Shown here: positions 36,072 to 49,137 of the stretch, one piece after another
How positions within the stretch are numbered: position 1 is the first letter of the stretch
Layout of the letters: each line of letters starts with the position of its first letter
Source: Candidatus Poriferihabitaceae bacterium
GTDB lineage: Bacteria; Pseudomonadota; Gammaproteobacteria; Arenicellales; Poriferihabitantaceae
NCBI GenBank assembly: GCA_965221795.1
Contig: OZ244914.1
Coordinates: forward strand, 1,466,030-1,530,029
Length of the DNA: 64,000 nucleotides
Direction of reading: 5' to 3'
Made by a program: the position numbers and the translations under genes
Notes under the pieces: model-generated
What the model was told of the DNA's origin: nothing
The model's database searches: none
What the model saw: only the letters and a program-made list of their open reading frames with translations

Positions 36072-37424
36072 TCAAGGCCCCAGAACCTCCACAATGGCCT
36101 CCTGCATGATGCGCACCATTTCATCCAGTGTCTCCGGGTCGGTATTGAGAGGCGGGGCACTGACAATGACTTCACTACGCACCCGCGTGTAGAGTCCGCG
36201 GCCCAGCATGGCTTGAGATAGCTTCGCAGCGAGCCCGAATGAAGGCTCAAACCATTCCCGTGTGGTTTTGTTCCGGACAATTTCGATTCCATGCATCATG
36301 CCCTTGCCGCGGATATTGCCGACATGTGGGTGGCTACCCAAGGCATCCTGATACTTCTGCAGCATGGCTTCGCCGTTCACCGCAGCCAGTCGAGGCAGGT
36401 TCTCCTGCTCAATCAGATCCAGGGTTGCCAAGCCAACGGCACAGGTAGTGGGGTGTCCACTGTAAGTATAACCATGCATCCATGGCTTGGGGCTACCCAG
36501 AATCGTATCAGCAATCTCGTCGCTCAAGCCGATTCCCCCTAGTGGCAAGGAACCGGAGGTAATGGATTTGGCAAACTGCATCAGGTCGGGTTCCACCCCA
36601 TAGTGTTCCAAGCCAAACATTTTCCCGGTACGGCCAAACCCGGTAATGACCTCATCCGATACCAGCAGTACATCATACTGGTCACAGATTGCCCGGATCC
36701 GCGGGAAATAGTCGTCTTGGGGGACGATGACGCCGCCCGCACCCTGCACCGGCTCGGCGAGAAACATGGCAACGTTGTCCGGACCCAGTCGGAGAATTTC
36801 CTTTTCCAGCTCATTGGCTGCCGCGACCCCTTGGGAAGAGCCGTCTTCCGGCATCGGATAATGGTAAGGGTCTGGGGAGGGGATATGGCTGATTCCCGGG
36901 ATCCTGGGTTCAAATCCGGCCCAGTAGCTCTCCATCCCGGTGCAGGACATGGCAGCCAGGGTGACCCCATGGTACCCCCATATACGACCGATGACATGGG
37001 TTTTGTCTGGCTTTCCCTTCAGTTTCCAATAGGATCGTGCGGCTTTGATATTGCTATCCGTGGCTTCCCCGCCGCCAGAGGTAAAGAAGAAACGGTTGAT
37101 TTTTGGATAGGTGATTTGGGACAAGCGTTCGGCCAGTTCGATAGCCGGCTCACTTGAGCTGCCGGAATAGTTTGAGGCAAACGCCAGCGTTCGCATCTGC
37201 CTTGCGGCCGCATCCGCCAGCTCCGGTCGGCTGTGTCCAGCACTGACATTCCAGAGCGAGGACAGCCCATCTATGACCCGATTGCCATCAGCGTCCATGA
37301 GATAGGAGCCTTCCCCGCTGACCCAGACCCGTCCGGCCTGGCTATGCCCTTGAGCGTGATGCAGGGGGTGCACCATATGCCGGAGGTCCCGGTCCAAGAG
37401 GGTCGTGTTGTGTACGGCAGCCAT
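36072..37424 (-). CDS. Class III (omega) aminotransferase, PLP-dependent
   Basis: Internal ATG of track ORF 36072..37523, with GAGGAA upstream. ..GLSSLWNVSAGH..FFTSGGGEATD..AEPVQGAGGVIVP..LLVSDEVITGFGRTGKMFG..MQFAKSITSG.. Confidence 0.85.
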   Translation of the reverse strand: MAAVHNTTLLDRDLRHMVHPLHHAQGHSQAGRVWVSGEGSYLMDADGNRVIDGLSSLWNVSAGHSRPELADAAARQMRTLAFASNYSGSSSEPAIELAERLSQITYPKINRFFFTSGGGEATDSNIKAARSYWKLKGKPDKTHVIGRIWGYHGVTLAAMSCTGMESYWAGFEPRIPGISHIPSPDPYHYPMPEDGSSQGVAAANELEKEILRLGPDNVAMFLAEPVQGAGGVIVPQDDYFPRIRAICDQYDVLLVSDEVITGFGRTGKMFGLEHYGVEPDLMQFAKSITSGSLPLGGIGLSDEIADTILGSPKPWMHGYTYSGHPTTCAVGLATLDLIEQENLPRLAAVNGEAMLQKYQDALGSHPHVGNIRGKGMMHGIEIVRNKTTREWFEPSFGLAAKLSQAMLGRGLYTRVRSEVIVSAPPLNTDPETLDEMVRIMQEAIVEVLGP

Positions 37425-37599
37425 CGTGCTGTTCCTCGGTGTGTTTTGGGAAATCGGAAATTCGATCGTAGAGGCAGTCTCTGCCCGGGCGGGATTATCG
37501 CTTCCCACTACCACTACTGGCAACCGGTGGTTCGCAGCATCCTAGCGTCTGCTCGGGGTAGCGGATTTCCGCGAATGAGGGCCGTTGCATCGCCCTTTG

Positions 37600-39885
37600 C
37601 TATCGGTCGTCTCCGGTATCGGGTTTCTCTTCTGCCTTGGCCTGTTCGGCGGTCGGTTGGATACTTTCAGCAGCAGCGGCACCTTGTTTCAGTGCCTCCC
37701 TGACCGCGTCCGGGTTGGCATGGGAGACCTGGTCATCCGGCAGGCGAACCCTCACCTCACGGTGTGCAAAGTGGATGCCTTCGGCCGCGAGGGCGTCCCG
37801 TACATTCCGGTATGCCTCGCGACGGATGACCCATTGTTCGCCCGGGATGGCCGTAAATTTCATTCTCAGGATCAGGGCAGACTCTTCCATCCGCAGCACG
37901 CCCTGCGACTTCAGCGGTAGAATGAACTTTGGTCCCATGTCCGGGTGCTGCAACATGTCCTGGCCGACCTTTTTGATGGTTTTTCGGACTTTTTCGATAT
38001 CGGTATCATAGGGCAGACGGAGTTCCAGCTTCATGGTAACCCAGTCACGGCTCAGGTTTCGGACCGTACGGATTTCCCCATAGGGGATGGTTTGTACAGG
38101 TCCCAGGTGATGTCGCAATTGCATGGAGCGCAGGGAAATTTTTTCCACCGTGCCGCGCAACTCTTCAATCTCGATATATTCGTTCTTGCGAAAGGCATCA
38201 TCAATCAGAAAGAAAATGCCACTCAATACGTCCTGCACCAACTTCTGGGCACCAAAGCCGATGGCGATACCCACAACACCCGCTCCGGCCAGCAGGGGAG
38301 TAATGGCAATTCCCAAAGAGTGCAATACCGAAAGCAGGACAAAAGTAAACAGTACGGCAGACAGTAGGGAACGCATCAGGGGGAGCAGGGTTTCTTCGCG
38401 AGTGCCCCCGATACCGCCCCCCTCGCCCTCCAGAGTGGCAAAGGCAGCATTTTCGGTTTCGGCAGGGAGCTTTCGTTCGATCAGGGCATTGAAGAATTCC
38501 CAGACGATATAGGCCACTGTCGCGATAATCAGCAAGTTGATGACCTGGAGCAGCAGCAGGCTGGCGACTCCCCCTTCAATCAGTGCGTTAGGCGATACTC
38601 CCCAGGAAAGGCTGAATAGACAGACCGCCATCGAAATCATCAGCAGACGGAAGCCGCTTTGCACATTGCGGATAAACCGGTTCGCCCGCTTTTCAAACGT
38701 TGGACTGTGCAGCCACTGGATGGCAGAGACGTAGCTGATCAGACGATGAAAAACCCTGTCCGCCCCCAGAAAAGCCAGCGTAATCCACCAACTGGCACTC
38801 AGAAACTCCGCTTCCTCCCAGTGTCCCAGAAAGGCCTTGTAGAGCCACAGGATCCAGAGAATCAGCAACCAGGCAATCAGGATGAAAGGCCAGAATGTCT
38901 GCAAAAACCCCGCCGCCAGCCTCATCGTTCCGTTGTTGGCATCTGCCGACACGAACATTGTGGTGATTTTGTGCCGCATGACCCAAAATCGGCTGATAAC
39001 GATGGCATTCAGTGCCAGGGTATAGGGAATCAGCAATCCCAGCACCTGAACTTCACTCATTCCGGCTCGTTGCAGATAGATCAACAGCCCGTCACCGAAT
39101 TCAAGGACAAAAAAGAATCCGCTAAACCAAAAGTAAAGCTGGCGTGACGACTCATTATCCAGCGGAATGGGCCGCAAACGATTCCAGTAGGGCGAGAAAA
39201 TATTCCGCAACAACACCATCCAGAGCCGTAGCATGACCAGTGCCTTGAGCCATTCCGTGGCCAGCAACTCATAGTACGGATTGCCGTGGCGGGTATACAG
39301 GATGGCGACAAACATCAACAGTGCCAGCACCGCCACTCCGGTCAACTGAACCATGACCCGAATCAGGATATAGCGCAGTTTCAGGGAAAGGGTTTTTTCC
39401 TGTTTTTCTGCATAGTCGTACAGACGTGAAAGCAGTTTGCGGATGGTGGTTTGCTCCAGGACAAGACCGATCACGGACAGGATCAGGATGTTGAGTACTA
39501 CGCGGAGCGCGGTCTGTCCGGCGTCCGGTGTGGTGGCCCGCGACAGGACCCTGGCAAGGTCCGATGGATAATCCGGGATCGACTGCACCAACCGGGAAAG
39601 CTTGTCCCCCAACACATTCGCTTCGCTCTCCTGCCAGTCGCTGATCAGTGCCTGGTCATAGGAGACTTCACCTTCATCATTTCCCTCTCCCGCGGTCTCG
39701 TCCGTTTCTACCACTTCCGGCACACTGTCGGATGTCCCGAGCTGTCGATAATCCTGAGCCAGATTGGGGGCAACTGCCAACACCAGTACCAGCCAACCGG
39801 CCAGCAGGAGCAAGGCCTTCGACCGGGAAGCAACCGGGTTGCGGGTCTGGTAATTGGTCATGTCATGCATCGTTGAAAACCTCAT
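37600..39885 (-). CDS. Large MscS-family mechanosensitive channel
   Basis: Track ORF 37600..39933 (start probably Met17). Signal-like N-terminus, multiple TM segments, then the MscS core ..GAGVVGIAIGFGAQKLVQDVLSGIFFLIDDAF..G.VEKISLRSMQLR.. Confidence 0.85.
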   Translation of the reverse strand: MRFSTMHDMTNYQTRNPVASRSKALLLLAGWLVLVLAVAPNLAQDYRQLGTSDSVPEVVETDETAGEGNDEGEVSYDQALISDWQESEANVLGDKLSRLVQSIPDYPSDLARVLSRATTPDAGQTALRVVLNILILSVIGLVLEQTTIRKLLSRLYDYAEKQEKTLSLKLRYILIRVMVQLTGVAVLALLMFVAILYTRHGNPYYELLATEWLKALVMLRLWMVLLRNIFSPYWNRLRPIPLDNESSRQLYFWFSGFFFVLEFGDGLLIYLQRAGMSEVQVLGLLIPYTLALNAIVISRFWVMRHKITTMFVSADANNGTMRLAAGFLQTFWPFILIAWLLILWILWLYKAFLGHWEEAEFLSASWWITLAFLGADRVFHRLISYVSAIQWLHSPTFEKRANRFIRNVQSGFRLLMISMAVCLFSLSWGVSPNALIEGGVASLLLLQVINLLIIATVAYIVWEFFNALIERKLPAETENAAFATLEGEGGGIGGTREETLLPLMRSLLSAVLFTFVLLSVLHSLGIAITPLLAGAGVVGIAIGFGAQKLVQDVLSGIFFLIDDAFRKNEYIEIEELRGTVEKISLRSMQLRHHLGPVQTIPYGEIRTVRNLSRDWVTMKLELRLPYDTDIEKVRKTIKKVGQDMLQHPDMGPKFILPLKSQGVLRMEESALILRMKFTAIPGEQWVIRREAYRNVRDALAAEGIHFAHREVRVRLPDDQVSHANPDAVREALKQGAAAAESIQPTAEQAKAEEKPDTGDDR

Positions 39886-39957
39886 GCCACAGTCTAGCGA
39901 CGATGCCGGGGAATTGCCATATGACCGTAGCACAATCCGGAGAGCGGCCCATCGACC

Positions 39958-40848
39958 TCATTGGGCGGCAACATAGCGAGAGTCGCGGTTACGGCCAAGT
40001 TGACGAACACGGCCCTGTTGCTGGAGATACAGGATGGATGCCCGCAACGAGTGTTCGGCCCCCGTATGGAGGGTACGTGGAATGTCCGGGTAGATGTGCT
40101 CGCGCAAGGTCTGGAGGGTGTCAAGCCCGGCGTCAATGGCAACTGCCACTTGCGCAACCCGGTCCAGACGATGTGCATGCACCTGTGCCAGGAAGGTTTT
40201 CGGTTGATTGATGGGGGTACCATGGGTTGGGTAAAACATGCTTTCTGATCGTCGCAACAACCGCTTCAGGCTCTCAAGATAGCTCTGGATGCTGCCATCT
40301 GGAGGAATGATGACTGGTGTGGCCCAAGCCATTACATGATCCCCACAAAACAACCCACTGCCCTCGAGCCAGGCAAAGCAAAGATGATTGGAGCAGTGCC
40401 CGGGCGTGTAAATAGCCTCCAGTGTCCAGCCATCTCCCTGGATGATCTCGCCATCTTGAATCGGGAAGTCAGGACGGAAATCCCGGTCCACTCCGCCCTC
40501 AAGGTCTCCGGGGGAAGCGGTGGCTTGAGTGTGGTACGCCAGAATTGGCGCACCGGTGTGCTGCTGCAGCAGGCGGGCGGCGGACGAATGATCCATATGA
40601 GTGTGTGTGACCAGGATATGGGAGATGGTTTCTCCTCCAAGGCCTGCCAGTAGCGCATCAATATGATCGGGTAGCATCGGGCCGGGATCAATCACGGCCA
40701 CATTGCCTTGACCAATGACATACGTTCCGGTGCCCGGTCCGGTAAAAGGACCAGGGTTGCGGGCCACGATCCGTCGGAGGTGATGGCAGACCGGCTCAAG
40801 CCGACCGTATGTAAACTCGAATCGAGGGTCGAATGCAATCCTGGCCAT
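39958..40848 (-). CDS. MBL-fold metallo-hydrolase
   Basis: Internal ATG (MARIAFDPRF..) of track ORF 39958..40932. ..ILVTHTHMDHS.. is the HxHxDH motif. The ATG overlaps the pyrD stop by 1 nt (TGATG). Confidence 0.8.
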   Translation of the reverse strand: MARIAFDPRFEFTYGRLEPVCHHLRRIVARNPGPFTGPGTGTYVIGQGNVAVIDPGPMLPDHIDALLAGLGGETISHILVTHTHMDHSSAARLLQQHTGAPILAYHTQATASPGDLEGGVDRDFRPDFPIQDGEIIQGDGWTLEAIYTPGHCSNHLCFAWLEGSGLFCGDHVMAWATPVIIPPDGSIQSYLESLKRLLRRSESMFYPTHGTPINQPKTFLAQVHAHRLDRVAQVAVAIDAGLDTLQTLREHIYPDIPRTLHTGAEHSLRASILYLQQQGRVRQLGRNRDSRYVAAQ

Positions 40849-41960
40849 CAATGGCCTCCGCAACGGGCAGAGCCCGCATGCAGCGCGACCAGCCAGCGAT
40901 TGAAGTCGTTTCCATGCCCTGCTGCCTGACATTGCCCGGCAAGATGATTGACAATGTCTGCCACCAGCCCGGGGCCCCGATAGATCAGGCCGGTATAGAG
41001 TTGCAGCAGGCTGGCACCTGCAGTCAGCTTTTCCATGGCGGCCGAAGCCGTGTCAATGCCGCCCATCCCGATGATCGGTATTTCCCCTTCCAGCGCTTCA
41101 TACAGGGCTGCGACTACCCGGGTCGCAGCCGAACGGACAGGCGGTCCGCTCAGCCCCCCCGGTTCGTTGGCATGCGGTGTATGTGCCAGCCCCGGTCGGG
41201 AAATGGTGGTGTTGGTCGCGGCCACCGCATCCAGGTTGTACTGACGCAACCGTACGGCGATGCTCTGGATTTGCCCATCGTCGAGATCTGGTGCCACTTT
41301 CAGCACCAGGGGAACCCGCTTCCCATGCTGGGTACTGAGGATGGCTGCGCGGCTGCAAATGGCGTCCAGCAATGGGTCCAGTGCATCGTCTTGCTGCAGG
41401 CGCCGCAGGTCGCGCGTGTTGGGCGAAGAAAGGTTGAGCGTGATGTAGTCTGCATAGGGATAGACCCGTTCCAGGCAACGCAGATAATCGGTTGCGGCCT
41501 CCTGCGTCGGGGTGGCCGCATTCTTGCCAACATTGATGCCTCGGATAATGCCCGGATGCAACTGCTGCAGATGATGAACAAACGCTTCCAGACCCATACT
41601 GTTGAACCCCATGCGGTTGATGAGGGCATCATGGGCTACAAGGCGGAAGATTCTTGGCTTGGGGTTCCCTGGCTGTGGCAATGGAGTCACGGTCCCAAGT
41701 TCCACCCAACCAAAGCCGAGGGCCGACAGCCCTGCGGCCGCATCCCCCTGTTTGTCGAGACCTGCTGCGAGTCCCACCGGGTTGGGGAAATCAATCCCCA
41801 TGACCCGAACCGGCAACGCCGCAACCTTACGGCCATAGAGTGCGTTCAGGGCACTCCGTGCCCAGCGATACCGGGACGCAAAGGACAGGATGGACAACAC
41901 CCGGTCATGGCTTTCTTCGGGATCCAGCGCAAATAAGCGGCTTCGGATCGACTGGTACAT
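40848..41960 (-). CDS. pyrD: Dihydroorotate dehydrogenase (quinone), class 2
   Basis: Track ORF. ..GIDFPNPVGLAAGLDK..GFGWVELGTVTP..GNPKPRIFRL..INRMGFNS..NLSSPNT..GGLSG..IIGMGGI.. Confidence 0.9.
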   Translation of the reverse strand: MYQSIRSRLFALDPEESHDRVLSILSFASRYRWARSALNALYGRKVAALPVRVMGIDFPNPVGLAAGLDKQGDAAAGLSALGFGWVELGTVTPLPQPGNPKPRIFRLVAHDALINRMGFNSMGLEAFVHHLQQLHPGIIRGINVGKNAATPTQEAATDYLRCLERVYPYADYITLNLSSPNTRDLRRLQQDDALDPLLDAICSRAAILSTQHGKRVPLVLKVAPDLDDGQIQSIAVRLRQYNLDAVAATNTTISRPGLAHTPHANEPGGLSGPPVRSAATRVVAALYEALEGEIPIIGMGGIDTASAAMEKLTAGASLLQLYTGLIYRGPGLVADIVNHLAGQCQAAGHGNDFNRWLVALHAGSARCGGH

Positions 41961-41963
41961 GGT

Positions 41964-45246
<3,283 letters not shown>

Positions 45247-45374
45247 TTGCGGGGGCAGTACCCAATTGCTGGCATGCGGAAAGAACCCCGGGAGAACCGC
45301 GGGGAACGGGACGGCCGGATATGGCCCCCGGATTCTGCCCATGTCATCCAGTCTTGCGGCACCGGTAACGTGGG

Positions 45375-46148
45375 CTAATGCCCTTCCCGGAACCGTGGTT
45401 GCCAAATGGACGAACTGGCGTTGTAATCCCGGTTTTCGGGACGGTTATCAACCAATGCCCCTGTCACCGAAATATCTTGCCAGGAATCGCTGTCCTGAAC
45501 GATGGGCAAATAGCCATGCGGTTGGAACCAGGAGTCAATCACATAACGCTTTCCACTGATGGCTTCCTCAATCTGTCCGGCCCAGTGTTGATCAAAGAAT
45601 GCACGACGGTAGGCCTCCTGAATGACCGTATGGTGACGCAAGTAGCCGGCCTTCTCAAACAGTCGAAGGTAGACCGTGGTATTGACCGACTCATCAATAC
45701 AGTCCAGCTGGCCAAGGCGTTGGATCGTCTGGGGCAATTCATTGCCCGGCAGATCCTTGTGGGTAGGGCTGTGATTGCCAACCAGTACTTCCATCCAGCC
45801 GATCGCCCGACGAATCCGGTCCCGTTCCACTTCCGGTGTAGCAGCAGGTTCACGGAACCAGCCGGCAACCGAGAGCCACTCTGCCCATGTGAGGCGGACC
45901 GTGTCCCGGGTTCGGCAGCCAAAACCATGGCATACCGGGATGGATTCGTAGGTACTATCCGGCGGAATGGGAATCCCATGATCCGGACCCCTGATACCAC
46001 TGATCGCATGGCTGGCTCCCATGGGAATGTGGAGCAGCACAATGAGAGTACCCAGCAGCAGTATGCGGCAGTGCATCGAACCGAAAGCGAGAAGGCAGTT
46101 GGCGATTGGATTCAAAAGTCGTTTGCAGGACCTGGTAACAATTGTCAC
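45375..46148 (-). CDS. Hypothetical secreted protein (signal-like N-terminus, conserved Cys pairs)
   Basis: Track ORF, 257 aa. ..MHCRILLLGTLIVLLHIPMGASHA.. then ..VCHGFGCRTR..LDCIDES... No family recognised. The start may be Met25 (46076). Confidence 0.5.
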   Translation of the reverse strand: MTIVTRSCKRLLNPIANCLLAFGSMHCRILLLGTLIVLLHIPMGASHAISGIRGPDHGIPIPPDSTYESIPVCHGFGCRTRDTVRLTWAEWLSVAGWFREPAATPEVERDRIRRAIGWMEVLVGNHSPTHKDLPGNELPQTIQRLGQLDCIDESVNTTVYLRLFEKAGYLRHHTVIQEAYRRAFFDQHWAGQIEEAISGKRYVIDSWFQPHGYLPIVQDSDSWQDISVTGALVDNRPENRDYNASSSIWQPRFREGH

Positions 46149-46537
46149 ATCATCGAACGGAGCATGGCACGAGCGGCGAATCGACCTCGGGTGCCAATAC
46201 TCGTCCTCTCTATGACCAACCCCGGAACGGGGAAATCCGGGCCCCTGTAGGGAAATTATACCTCATGGAATGAGGTCCTCTCTATTGCAATCCGGATCTG
46301 CACGTGTACTGCAGCCGCTTTGTCGAAGACTTGCATCTTCTCGAACAAAGAGGCCTTTTGCAGTTCTTGATGTATGCATCAGATGAAACCGTTGCCCAGG
46401 AGAACCACTGACATGCGCCATGGTTTGCCAGAAACGTGGAGAGTTCTTGCCGGTGCCGGCGATCCGCAACGGACGCAATCATCATGGGGGGATGTCCGGT
46501 GACCTCCTTATGCCGAGGGTGGCTTCCACCACCGCTT

Positions 46538-47491
46538 TCAGGAGGGTTCAGCCAATTCTTCATGGGAGCCCCCCGGTCTGTGGAACAAGTCCGGTGCTAA
46601 CATCTCAATGAACTGTTTGGCTTGGGCAGGCAGCAGTTTTCCCCGGCGGATGACAACTCCATAGCTGCGGGAAGGAAAATGTTCCCGCACCGGAATGGTA
46701 CCCAATTGATCCCCTTCTTCCAGGCAAATGCTGGTCACAATGGAGATGCCCAGCCCCTGTTCCACATATTTCTTGATGACCGCCCAGCCTCCCGCTTCCA
46801 GCGTGACCTTGTGGGCGATGCTGGACTGCTGGAACACCGATTTTACAATCCCCCAAGTGCTGAGGTAACGTGGAGGCAGGATCAAGTCATATCGGGCAAT
46901 TTCTTCCAGCGTCACCTGTGTTCTGCCGGATAAGGGGTGACCAAGAGGAGTAATCAGGGTCGGATGAAACCGGAATACCGGGTGATAGCTGATGTCGTCT
47001 GGGGTGTTGAGCATGGAGCCGACCGCAAAATCCGCCTCATCGGCCCGCAGCATCGCCATTCCGTCAACCCCCGTGACATTATGTAACCGGATTTTGACAC
47101 CCGGATAGCGGTCGGCAAACGCCTTGAGGTACTTGGGGAGGATGTACAGCAGGGTAGATTCGCCTGCGGCGATATTGAGATAACCGCTGTTGAGGTCACC
47201 GCTGCGCTCGGCAAAAGTGTCTCGCAGGGAGTCCATGCCCTCCACCAAAGGCAATGCGATATCGAGTAATGCATGCCCATCCGGAGTCAACCGTATTTTG
47301 GGGCCACGCCGCTCGAACAGGATGGTATTGAGCTCGCGCTCCAACGCCTGGATCTGTAGGGAAACGGTGGGTTGGCTCAGATAGAGCTGATCGGCCGCCC
47401 GGGAAATATTGCCCGCCTTGGCAGCAAAGCAGAATGCCCGCAACTGTTTGAGCCGATTCTGCTTGTAGTAGGAGGCCGCCTTTGGTTTCAT
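46538..47491 (-). CDS. LysR-family transcriptional regulator (CysB/Cbl-like architecture)
   Basis: Track ORF. HTH ..LKQLRAFCFAAKAGNISRAADQLYLSQPTVSLQIQALERELN..LFER.. plus a substrate-binding domain. Confidence 0.85.
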   Translation of the reverse strand: MKPKAASYYKQNRLKQLRAFCFAAKAGNISRAADQLYLSQPTVSLQIQALERELNTILFERRGPKIRLTPDGHALLDIALPLVEGMDSLRDTFAERSGDLNSGYLNIAAGESTLLYILPKYLKAFADRYPGVKIRLHNVTGVDGMAMLRADEADFAVGSMLNTPDDISYHPVFRFHPTLITPLGHPLSGRTQVTLEEIARYDLILPPRYLSTWGIVKSVFQQSSIAHKVTLEAGGWAVIKKYVEQGLGISIVTSICLEEGDQLGTIPVREHFPSRSYGVVIRRGKLLPAQAKQFIEMLAPDLFHRPGGSHEELAEPS

Positions 47492-47553
47492 TGGTTCAGT
47501 CGGGCGTGAGAAGTCATACAGTCACATCCCCACATCTTGTCCGGGTAGTGAGT

Positions 47554-47826
47554 TCAGGAATCATCCGGTTTCCACTGGTCTGGCAAGACAATCCCGTCAC
47601 CGAAAAAATAAGCCTCCATCTGTGCGGACAGATATTTCTTGTCTCCCGCATCCAGTGGATTCAGTCGGTATTCGTTGATGAGGATGGTTTGCTGGCGCAG
47701 CCATTCCTGCCAGGCTTCCTGCGACACCTGGTCAAAAATCCGCTGGCCCAGTTCTCCCGGCCAGGTCTGCCTGGGCAATCCTTCTGCTTCCCGGCCGAGT
47801 TTCACGCAGTATACCGTTCGAGTCAT
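47554..47826 (-). CDS. yggX: Fe(2+)-trafficking / oxidative-damage protection protein YggX
   Basis: Internal ATG of track ORF 47554..47889. MTRTVYCVKLGREAEGL..PGELGQRIFDQVSQEAWQEWL..QTILINEYRLN... Lies immediately downstream of mutY, the classical synteny. Confidence 0.85.
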   Translation of the reverse strand: MTRTVYCVKLGREAEGLPRQTWPGELGQRIFDQVSQEAWQEWLRQQTILINEYRLNPLDAGDKKYLSAQMEAYFFGDGIVLPDQWKPDDS

Positions 47827-47833
47827 GCCAATT

Positions 47834-48919
47834 TCACAAGTCAGGTTGAATGGAAACCAGCAGTCGCTGGATGACTGCCGGCAACCCAATATTTTGGGGT
47901 TCCCTCGGGTTGTACCAGAGATAGCAGCTTTCGTCCATGGTCGGGTGTGGAAACGTGTGCATTCGAAACCGGCGCAGATAAATCCACAAGTCGAAATGGC
48001 TCAATCCGTGCTGCAGAGGAGGCAATGCATGGCTTTCGACCGGTTCCAGCACCAGATCCTGCAATCGGCCGGGCAAGCAGGAGCTGCCCGCCGGAGTTTC
48101 CGGCAACGACCACAAGCCCCCCCAAATCCCCCGATCCGGTCGGCGCTCCAGAAGAACCGAGCCGGTTGAATCCTCAATCACCCAGAGTTGTATCTCCCGT
48201 TCCGGACGGGGTTTTTTTCGCTTGGGGGTGGGGTAGCCAACCGGGTTACCCTTGGCGTAGGCCTTGCAATCCGTGTGAACCGGACAGCTTGGGCAGTCGG
48301 GTCGGGAGCGAGTGCAGACGGTCGCCCCAAGATCCATGATGGCTTGGGTATACGACGCCACCTGTCTTGCCGGCGTCAGCCGTTCCGCAACCGTCCAGAG
48401 TATCCGGTTCACCTTGGCATCCGCCGGGTGGCCGGCCAGAGCCAGGAAGCGTGTCAATACCCGTCGGACATTGCCATCCAGGATCGGTTCTCTCTGGCCA
48501 AAACAGAACGCGAGGATTGCACCTGCGGTGGAGCGACCCACACCGGGCAGGGCCATGATTTCTTCCCGGGTTTCCGGAAAACGGCCCGCATGCTCGTGTA
48601 CGATGATCCGGGCCGCCCGGTGCAGATGACGTGCACGGGCGTAATACCCAAGGCCGGACCAGTGACCCAGCACTGCGTCCAGCTCTGCGTTTGCCAGGCA
48701 TGCTACCGTAGGAAAGTACTGAACAAAACGGTTGAAGTAGGGGATCACCGTTTTCACTCGGGTCTGTTGGAGCATGATTTCTGATAACCAGACACGGTAT
48801 GGATCCCGATCTTGCTGCCATGGCAGGTCCGTTCGGCCATGCTGGCGGTACCACGACAGGACCGCCTGTGAGAACCGAACAGCCTGTTCAGTTGTCAGCC
48901 ACTCGTCTCCCTGCCTCAT
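47834..48919 (-). CDS. mutY: A/G-specific adenine DNA glycosylase
   Basis: Internal ATG of track ORF 47834..48976. ..LPWQQDRDPYRVWLSEIMLQQTRV..GLGYYARARHLH..LPGVGRSTAGAILAF..C..RPDCPSCP....C.. (the Fe-S cluster loop). Confidence 0.9.
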   Translation of the reverse strand: MRQGDEWLTTEQAVRFSQAVLSWYRQHGRTDLPWQQDRDPYRVWLSEIMLQQTRVKTVIPYFNRFVQYFPTVACLANAELDAVLGHWSGLGYYARARHLHRAARIIVHEHAGRFPETREEIMALPGVGRSTAGAILAFCFGQREPILDGNVRRVLTRFLALAGHPADAKVNRILWTVAERLTPARQVASYTQAIMDLGATVCTRSRPDCPSCPVHTDCKAYAKGNPVGYPTPKRKKPRPEREIQLWVIEDSTGSVLLERRPDRGIWGGLWSLPETPAGSSCLPGRLQDLVLEPVESHALPPLQHGLSHFDLWIYLRRFRMHTFPHPTMDESCYLWYNPREPQNIGLPAVIQRLLVSIQPDL

Positions 48920-49137
48920 GAGCCTATCATGCCACTGGGAGCTCAGGTTTGGCCAGATTTTGCAAGAACTGACCATATTCGTGAACGCTCATCGAATCAT
49001 GCTGTCTATTGCATTGGAACTACCATTGTACCCATTCCGTCCATAGGTGGGCAAAGGAGATCTGCAGCGCAGCGGGAACACAGCGGCCCTCGTCCCCTTT
49101 CGATGGTACCAACCCGACTTTGCCCATTCCGATCCGA

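Noticed and set aside
46228-46245. GGGGAAATCCGGGCCCC, resembling the RNase P RNA GAGGAAAGTCCGGGC motif
   Set aside because: None of the other universally conserved RNase P regions (for example ACAGAACCCGGCTTA) occur nearby, and the interval is too short and unstructured for rnpB.
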